64,000 nt of DNA from Octopus vulgaris (lineage: Eukaryota). Within the stretch, counting starts at the first letter, position 1, and each line of letters begins with the position of its first letter. Position numbers and translations under genes: made by a program. The notes beneath the pieces are model-generated. The model did no database searches. It was not told the origin of the DNA and saw only the letters and a list, made by a program, of their open reading frames with translations. The DNA is taken from the NCBI GenBank assembly GCA_951406725.2, contig OX597826.1, positions 27,280,001 to 27,344,000 on the forward strand. Reading direction: 5' to 3'. This document shows, one piece after another, positions 55,375 to 64,000 of this stretch.

Positions 55375-55510
55375 GCGCGCACATACGCACGCAACTGCAC
55401 ACATAACTGCATTCATGAATACATGGACAATTGTGTGTGCAGGCATTTAATTAAACATATACCCGTATAACATTCATAAATATGCACACATGTTCATTAA
55501 CATACACACG

Positions 55511-55541
<31 letters not shown>

Positions 55542-55727
55542 TTATTGCTTTCTGTCTCTTTTTATGGGTCTAGTATTCTCGCATGTCGTATAAATACACA
55601 CACACACGTACATACATACGCACATTTATGTAAATGTGTAGACATGCACATTAATTCATTAGTCAATATGCACTGTTCCTTTCTGTCACTATTTCTGTGT
55701 CTAGCATGCTTCCGTATAACATACACA

Positions 55728-55822
<95 letters not shown>

Positions 55823-55829
55823 ACATGTC

Positions 55830-55861
<32 letters not shown>

Positions 55862-55884
55862 CATAGAGAGAGAGAGAGAAATAG

Positions 55885-55962
<78 letters not shown>

Positions 55963-56210
55963 GTAAATAGATGCATCTACACAAGCTCATACACACACAC
56001 GTATATATATGTAACCATCCGAGGGGGAATTGTGATGATAATGTAGTTTAGCAGAATAATTCGAATAATATCGGTAATATTTGTTTAATATTTTGATTAA
56101 GAAGGGTTTGGGCAGAAATAGTGCTGACAATCAACAATAATATAAAGCATTATTTATAATAACGACATTGTTATTAACTACACCAGAGAAAGCAATGAAA
56201 TAAACGAAAA

Positions 56211-56376
56211 AGAAGAAGAAGAAGAAGAAGAAGAAGAAGAAGAAGAAGAAGAAGAAGAAGAAGAAGAAGAAGAAGAAGAAGAAGAAGAAGAAGAAGAAGA
56301 AGAAGAAGAAGAAGAAGAAGAAGAAGAAGAAGAAGAAGAAGAAGAAGAAGAAGAAGAAGAAGAAGAAGAAGAAGAA
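56211..56376. repeat. (GAA)n microsatellite
   Basis: Directly visible. Confidence 0.97.
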
Positions 56377-57789
56377 GGAGAAGAGAACAGCGGTGACATT
56401 AATTTTGTTTTATGCATAATAAAATATCGCTGACAATCGGAATTCAACGAAATTCAGTTCTTACTTAATTCTCTGTAATTTGGTAGGAAATAAATGATAT
56501 AAAATAACAATAAATATACAAAGATAATATAAATATACATTAAACAATGAATAATAGAACAAGAGAACAACAGAATATAATGCAGTCGAAGAATACGAAA
56601 ACAAAATAATACAACTAGAAGAACAATAACAATAATAATAATTAAAATTATAAGAACAACAAGAACAAGCATATTGATGACAAATTGTTGTACATAATTT
56701 TAAAGAATTGTCCATGGTTGTCAAAAACTTTGGAAAAAAATGTTTTCGTGGCAATATTTCTTGTTTTTGTCGTGTCTTCTTGACTAATGCTGACTTGTGT
56801 TAAAGATTAAGTGAGTAGCTATAACTTTTCTTTTACTCACCGGCGTAAATTCTGGGTAAATTTGTCTCTATTTAATTATTTGTTTGTTAACTTAGAATCG
56901 AGAATTGTTTTGTTTTTTTTGTTTTTTCTTGTGATTTTCTTATTTTGAAGAAGGAATGTGTGCAGTCGTGTACGTCTGTCTGCAATTCGTTTTGTGTTAG
57001 TTGTGTGAAAGATTATCTCTTCCTGTCTTTATGGCGTTTGGAGGAATAATCAAATGTCGAGACGGAGTGTGCTAAAATTAACCATAATTTATTCTTCTAT
57101 TCTCTGCTAACATATTACAAGTTTTGTACGGTGCAGTTGTTATTGTTATTTAACTCCGTACCAAATATAATCAACGGCGTTCCAGCTATGACCATCCAGT
57201 CTATATATTTTTAGGCATCATGCATCTACTATCACACTATCAATGAATCGCCCCAGCTTTTCTTTTGTATTTTGTTTTTGTAATTTTATTTTGAAGATTA
57301 TATGCACGGTTTAAGCATGAATTGGCTGCTTTATTTTATCATAAATCGAATGAGAGAATCTGAGTAGGTTTGCACGTATGTTGTTGTTGTTGGTGGTAGT
57401 GGTGGTGTTGCTGCTGTTGTTTTCTTCTTCTTCTTCTTCTTCTTCTTCTTCTTCTTCTTCTTCTTCTTCTTCTTCTTCTTCTTCTTCTTCTTCTTTTTCT
57501 TCCGATCAGGACTCACGCTATTAGCCACAAAGAATAATCTCTAATTCGAGCCTACTCTAAGCTACTAAGAATGCGTATGGCAACTTGAAGATCCACCCAC
57601 CACACGCGATAGACTGGTGGTTGCACGGGCGCGAAAGCTACGTTGTTATCCTCATTCCGCAAACGGTGGCTTTTAAGGGGTGGAGAGCTGAACCATCATG
57701 GGGTACAGGGGATCCGCAATCTAGACTAGTGTCTGAAAGTTTACCACACCATAGTGGGTTACATCATGGTTCCTCTGCTTTGTGGCAGA

Positions 57790-57981
57790 AGTAGGAAGAA
57801 AGAGTGAAAGAAAGTTGTGGTGAAAGAGTACAGCGGGGTTGAGAGCAAATAATATAAATTTTGTCCTATTGTAAAAAAGTTTTTGCTCAATAAACATTGA
57901 CAATGCCCGGTCTGGGAATCGAAACCGCGTTCTCACGACCGCAAGTCCGCTGCCCTAACCACTGGGCCATTGCGCCTCCAC
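57790..57981 (-). mobile_element. SINE second family, 5' part
   Basis: Reverse complement of the 40363 head. Confidence 0.85.
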
Positions 57982-59104
57982 TGCTGCTGTTGTTTTTGTT
58001 GTGGTGATTGATTAGTACTTTTATACTAATTCTGTCTACACTTTCTGCTATTTTCCATGGAATCGTTTCTCACCTTAAAAAAGAGGAAAAGTGGATAAGT
58101 CACTTTGGAATATTTGCGATCATAGGTCTGCTTAAACAGAACAGATCTGAGTGTAAACAAAAACATTAATAACAACAATGACAACTTCAATGACATTACA
58201 TTATCCAACATACAAACTGCCATTTTCAACGATAGAACAATAAGATTGATTTTGTGATCCCTTGTGATGAGGAAATTAGTATATATATGGAGCTGGGGTA
58301 GACATGACTCCCATATTTGCATCAGTCTATTGACAGCATTCGAATTTAACTTGTTATTCTTCGAAAGATGCGAAAATCGGGTGATCATATCGAAAAAAAA
58401 TACGTAGCTGTTGACAGTCGAGGATTGAAACAGCATTCAAACTCCACGCTAACGATTGCCTATCTCTTGCCTGATAGCGCCTGCTGTAAAATTATTAAAA
58501 GAAATTTTAACTTTTTCACACTGCCGTAACAGTAACTTCTAAGAAAGCACTGGTAGTTTGCGTCGTAAAGATATTAACTACAAATTGTAGCTAAATTGTA
58601 AGTGACAAAGAGATTTGTCCGAAACGTTAAGCAAGTATATCACCTTAGGTGTCCACAATGTAATACGTCAGACCTGCTTAATCCGGAGTCATCTGGAACT
58701 AAATAGCAGCAACAGAACTACGTATAAATTATATTTTTAAGACTGTAGTATGTATGATCTTGAGCGTGGTGGTGGGGATTTGGCCGTATTGATCGGGAGT
58801 CGATCGATTATGAGAAAGTCCTCTCTCCTTGAAGTGCTGCATACGTTGCCTAGAGGCTACTCCATAACGTACCTAATGAGGAATGGTACTTCACTATACG
58901 TTGCACATCCTAAGTCTCTACGATCCTAAGTCTCTCAATCCTAAGTTTCTACGCAATATTTAGAATCATGACTAACAGGAATCTCTGTCTGTAATTTAAT
59001 GCATCTAAAACTCTCAGTTGTTACTTTGAAATTAAATATTGAGATTACAGCAAAATCCCAGCGCCCGCGAACTAATGCTCTTACACATAGTAAGGTCACA
59101 CAAA

Positions 59105-59478
59105 CAGGCGTGGTTGTGTGGTAAGAAGCTTGTTTCCTGACCACAAAATTCCGAGCTCAGTCCCACTTTGTGGCACCTTCGGCAAATGTATTATACTATG
59201 AGTGGTTTTGGTTGACGGAAACTGAAAGAAGCCTGTCATACATGTGTATGAGTATGTGTGTGAATGTGTGTGTGTGTGTGTGTGTGTCCCGGAGCGCGCG
59301 GGTGTATGTCTGTTTGACAACCGGTGATGGTGAGTTTACTTTTCAGTGACAGAGTAGTTCGTCAAAAGACACCGATAGAGTAAGTACCAGGCTTAAAAAA
59401 ATAATAAATCTCGACTAAAAGTTCTCCATGGCAGTGCCCCAACATGGCCACAATCTTATAACTGAAACAAGTGAAAGA
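59105..59478 (+). mobile_element. SINE third family, degraded
   Basis: ggcgtggttgtgtggtaagaagcttg...gacggaaactgaaagaagcc...actgaaacaagt. Confidence 0.8.
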
Positions 59479-60299
59479 TTCACCCATACGCTCATATGCA
59501 CCATCTCACACAAGCATTTATCATCCGTGTTTATAGTCCTTTCTAGCGTTGACTATTAAAAGAAATCTCGCCTATCATCGACTAAAACCTATTATAATAT
59601 CCCGTAATATTATGTCTGAAATTCCGGTTTGTTGTGACATTAAGTTGAATTCCTTTCGAACGAGCATTCTTCAGAAAGTTCGATTTCACTCCAACAGAGA
59701 ATTGACAACAGTAGAAGAAATGGAGCGGAAGTAATATACCACCATATATATAACAAAATCTCAATGATACTGACTCAGCATCTAGATTATTCTAGGAAAA
59801 CGGAAAGAAAGAAAGAAAGAAGAAGGGGAAGATTACGAAGTTGTATACACATGTGGTAGGCCATTGTTGTCTCTGGTTATGACGAAAACGATAAGACCGA
59901 TTCATCAATCTGCCGAAGGATGATCCGTAAGGAGGAGGAATGGCAGCAGCCGTAGTTTTAGTGGCGGCAGTGGTGGCAGCGGAAGATGTGATGAGGGGTG
60001 GTATATTTTGGTAGTTGTATGGCGAGGGAGGACGGTTGAGAGGATTTCTTAATCATAAAATATAACGTAAGGACCCAGAGCCTGTGATAGTTTAATGCTT
60101 TCTCATAAACCAATGGACTGGCTTGTAAAGAGGAAGTAATTAAAAATCTCCAGGTCGTTAACCCAAGACTGGACAGTATGACTAAACACCTAGTAGTTAA
60201 AATGATGTATGTGCGCGCGCACAAAACACACACACACACACACACACACGTATGCATATTCATACTGGAATATAGGCATGCAAGTATGTATATGTAATA

Positions 60300-60332
<33 letters not shown>

Positions 60333-61014
60333 GAGACACACACACACACATATATATATATACATACATATATTCATAGACACGTATGTATACACACATG
60401 TAAATATATATGTACATGTCTTTTATCTATTTTCTGGTTACTTGCTTCATTCATTAGATTGTGGCCATGCTGGAGCGCCACGTGGAGGAATCTTTAGCCG
60501 AATGAATCGACCTCTGTACGCATCAATATTTTTCTTCCTTCTTGCAAAGCCTGGACATTATTCTATCTGTCTCTTTCGCCGAAGGACGTAAACATGATGT
60601 CTCTTGTTTTTGTGTTTCTCCCTCTGTTTTGCCAGAGGTTTCGCTCTCCGAGTGTCCGATTCCTAATTTCACCTGCTTCTGTCTCTTTCTCGGTAAATAT
60701 TTCGTAAAGGACCCGTTCGCACTTATGTGTGAAATAATTTTTTCCACAGGTTTCTTTTAAGTACTTTCAACGTGTTTCACCTCTAAACCCACAGGAACCA
60801 CTTTCTTCAGAAACAGAAATGGGGAAGGGTGGTGGGAACCTCAGAGTTTGCTACCAACGGAGTTTTGAATCGCTGGATTTTTTTTCTTTTCCAGGTTATT
60901 TTGCATTCTTTCAAAGAATGTGACATCGAAATCTCTTGTAAACTGCACTTTTCCCCAGAAAAGAAAATATTTGGCTGCTATTTCTAACACGCCCTGATAC
61001 CACGAAATATATAA

Positions 61015-61200
61015 GGTTTTCAAATTTGGGCACAAGGCTTGCAATTTCGGAGGAAGGATAAATCGATTACATCGACCCCAGTATATAACTGATACATATT
61101 TTATCAACCCCGAAAAGGAATTTGAGCTCAGAGCATAAACCTAGAAAAAATGCCGCGTAGTACTTTGTCCAGCGTGCTAACGATTTACCCAACACACCAC
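61015..61200 (-). mobile_element. SINE first family, degraded
   Basis: Reverse complement of the 2255-3135 unit. Confidence 0.7.
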
Positions 61201-61566
61201 TATATATAAGGTTATAAATAGCATTATTTTGCTATTTTTTTCACAATATGTCACACAATGGACTAAGCATGAAGCCACGTGGTTTCAATGAGAGCTCCTT
61301 GTCCACTCAACGGTGACTGCATAGCTCACTTAAGTTTAACAAGGGGGGAAAAAACAAGTTGGAGCATGTTTCCTCTGCACTCTTTCTGCATAAATTTGCA
61401 TATATATGGAGCAATTTTCGCATTAGATACAATTAGTTCTCCCTTGGTATTCAATAGACGGAAATGGCACACCGTAACAGAAATACATAGGAAGGAAATG
61501 GCAGTAAGAACATTATTTACGTTATTTACAATTGACGGATACTTGTCCTTAAATTGTTTGTTGTTA

Positions 61567-61612
61567 ACACAACTTTACGGCTGATATACCCTCCAAGGCT
61601 TCATTAGCTGTC
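61567..61612 (-). ncRNA. Degenerate type I hammerhead motif
   Basis: Minus strand acag-CTAATGA-agcctt ggagggtatat cagcc-GTAAA-GTT-gtgt; several core substitutions. Confidence 0.4.
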
Positions 61613-61664
61613 TTGGGGAAATTTCAAACCAGGGTTCCCATTCGTAAGGTATTTTTCGATATTA

Positions 61665-61738
<74 letters not shown>

Positions 61739-61858
61739 ATTGTTATATTTCGGAATGGTCATATTGCCAGTTTAGTCAATAAAAACACACGCACTATATA
61801 TTTGGTGTTATTTTGCTTCAGTGATATTTATTTTTTACATTAATCTTAATCTTATTTC

Positions 61859-61902
61859 GGCCAGAGTTCTTTCGTCACACTCCTGTGACCGCATCAGTGG
61901 TC
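61859..61902 (-). ncRNA. Hammerhead-like motif, A9-variant core, copy 2
   Basis: gacca-CTGATGc-g-gtcaca ggag tgtgac-GAAA-gaac-TC-tggcc. Confidence 0.55.
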
Positions 61903-61963
61903 CTTTGTTTTCTTCTTTCTTATTTGTGTCTCTCCTTACTAACCGTCATCCATTTCGTATTTC

Positions 61964-62027
<64 letters not shown>

Positions 62028-62052
62028 GTTGTTGTTGTTGTTGTTGTTGTTG

Positions 62053-62493
62053 AATGAGAGAGCAGTGCATGCCATCAAATTGACACTGGAGTACAAATAT
62101 ACGAAGTCCAGTATACCCATCATGACTACCCATCTGATAAGGGTACACCAGGCACATGCATCACAACCATATGTGCGCGATATGGTGATCTCATATCGAG
62201 ATAAACAGCATATGACCTTGTAGATGGGGCCCAGTTAGAATTTTCTTCTGTTGAAAAGGTCCCCGAATAAGGGTTGTTTAACGATGTTGAACGTTACACT
62301 CATGTTTTCAGAGGTGAATTATTCAAACCCCAAAGAATTCCTCTCAACACATGGCTATGATGCTCTCCAAATACTTCTGCTCGTGATCAGAGATGCACAT
62401 ATCGTCAGGCACTAAGGCACATGTTCAACTGGTTAAGGTCAAACAACTGGCAAGCAAATCTATGCTATTGAGCAGAATATTTACTGTAGCCCA
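62053..62493 (-). mobile_element. Fourth copy of the 500-bp retroposon, between (TTA/TTG)n tracts
   Basis: Matches 46838-47300. Confidence 0.85.
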
Positions 62494-62496
62494 TTA

Positions 62497-62545
<49 letters not shown>

Positions 62546-62548
<3 letters not shown>

Positions 62549-62620
62549 AGTCACTGCCTGGAATCAAACTCGGAATTTTGTGGTTAGTAGCCCGCGCTCT
62601 TAACCACTACGCAATATGCC
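62546..62620 (-). promoter_or_regulatory. tRNA-like segment with Pol III A/B-box remnants
   Basis: ggcatattgcgtagtggttaagagcgcgggc...gagtttgattccaggcagtgac followed by (TAA)n. Confidence 0.55.
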
Positions 62621-62890
62621 AGTGTAAATAATGTACATAATTCCTCGTTTCTTAAATACAGAACTGTATGACAGTAAGAAGCATGAAATCATGACCATGA
62701 TACGCGAATCAGAATTCCCGATACGGAATGCCATCAGCTCTTCCAGCCGATCCGTGATATAGAAATTCAGCGTCATCATAAAATCGTAGAGTAATTTTGC
62801 ATTCTACTAGATGCTATCTAAAATTAATATCTACAGGTCAACCCATGTTATCTGTTTTTAAAATCTCACAGTTCTACAACCTCTGTATAG

Positions 62891-62891
<1 letters not shown>

Positions 62892-62961
<70 letters not shown>

Positions 62962-62974
62962 CATCATCATCATC

Positions 62975-63041
<67 letters not shown>

Positions 63042-63065
63042 ACATCAGCATCATCAACATCATCA
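62892..63065. repeat. (TTA)n(TCA)n microsatellite
   Basis: Directly visible. Confidence 0.96.
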
Positions 63066-63159
63066 TATATAAATATTTGCGTCGTGGCCATTTTATTTTT
63101 CATTTCCCTTTCCTTCAGACAATCTCCCACTTCTCATGCTCTTGTCCTCCCACTGTGTC

Positions 63160-63194
<35 letters not shown>

Positions 63195-63877
63195 ATATAT
63201 AGGTCTCCCCTCTTTCCCCCTCTCTCTCTCTTTCTAGTTTTATTATTTGTATCACTTTATCTTTCTCTCTCATTCTCTTACTCTTTCCTTCTTTTTCACG
63301 TTCACAGCCTTTATCTACAGTTGTTTTCTTTTTTTCTTTTACCTTTACTTTTTTTTTACCACTTTGCAACATTCTATTACTATTTGCATATTTATCACTC
63401 ACCCTCACTCATATTCTCTCCCCCCCCACTCTGTCTGTCTGTCTCTCTCTCTCTCTGTATCTTTCTGTCTGTCTCTCTGTCTCTCTGTCTCTCTGTCTCT
63501 CTCTCGCTCTTCCTTCCCATCAGTTTTTCGCAAACTCATACACACACATACACGTTCTCTGTCTCTCTCTCTGCTTCATTATCTCTCAAACTCATTCTGG
63601 TTCTCTCTTTCTGCTGTTCTCCTTCAAACTTTCATTTTCGATTTATTACAGTCCATGCCGCCCATATTTCAACCTAACGGACTCAAATATCTGAAAAACA
63701 CATTTTCATATTTAATTTTTTGCCGAATCGCCAAGAACGTAAATAAGGAAACAGCGGCAGAAAAACAAACGGAAAAAAACACACATATGTAAAGATGTAT
63801 GTAAATAAGTAACTTGTATATATGTGTATATATATGTGTATGTGTGTGTATGTGTGTGTGTATCTATATACTCTTTT

Positions 63878-64000
63878 ACTTGTTTCAGTCATTTGACTGT
63901 GGCCATGCTTCAGCACCACCCTTAGTCGAGCAAATCGACCCCAGGACTTATTCTTTGTAAGCCTAGTACTTATTATATCGTTCTCTTTAGCCGAACCGCT
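63878..64000 (-). mobile_element. SINE third family 3' end, runs off the window
   Basis: Matches 26665-26785. Confidence 0.85.

Larger units (their letters stand above)
61510..62668 (-). mobile_element. Composite element: tRNA-like head, (TAA)n and hammerhead segment, with two nested insertions
   Basis: Ends match 24412-24688; components listed separately. Confidence 0.6.

Noticed and set aside
58595-58632. gacaaa-gaga-tttgtc-cGAAACGTT hammerhead half
   Set aside because: No recognisable CUGANGA or stem I upstream.
58907-58953. Three copies of an about 16-bp unit (atcctaagtctct)
   Set aside because: Ordinary local slippage duplication with no further structure.

Overview
AT-rich, microsatellite-saturated eukaryotic DNA. 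The SINE families and repeat make-up look like an octopus (coleoid cephalopod) genome; this is recognition from memory, not a database result. No complete host gene is visible, and almost all ORF-track entries are translations of simple repeats. Supported content: many tRNA-derived SINEs; a mariner and a rosa-like (DD41D-type) internally deleted DNA transposon; several MITEs; a cluster of R4/Dong-like LINE fragments (RT plus CCHC and PD-(D/E)xK endonuclease) in (TAA)n; three L1/Tx1-like 3' ends in (GATA)n; and a Penelope-like (PLE) fragment with a GIY-YIG endonuclease. The most notable signal is about ten hammerhead-ribozyme (HHR) motifs in PLE/retrozyme-like elements. Three have intact cores, two of these facing apart in a 229-bp-arm palindrome. 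There is also a repeated A9-variant core, a candidate with permuted strand order, and one linked to a tRNA-like Pol III head. A few short segments with good minus-strand splice sites suggest the window is mostly intron of an unidentified minus-strand gene. All coordinates were read by eye, and repeat boundaries may be off by 5-20 nt.
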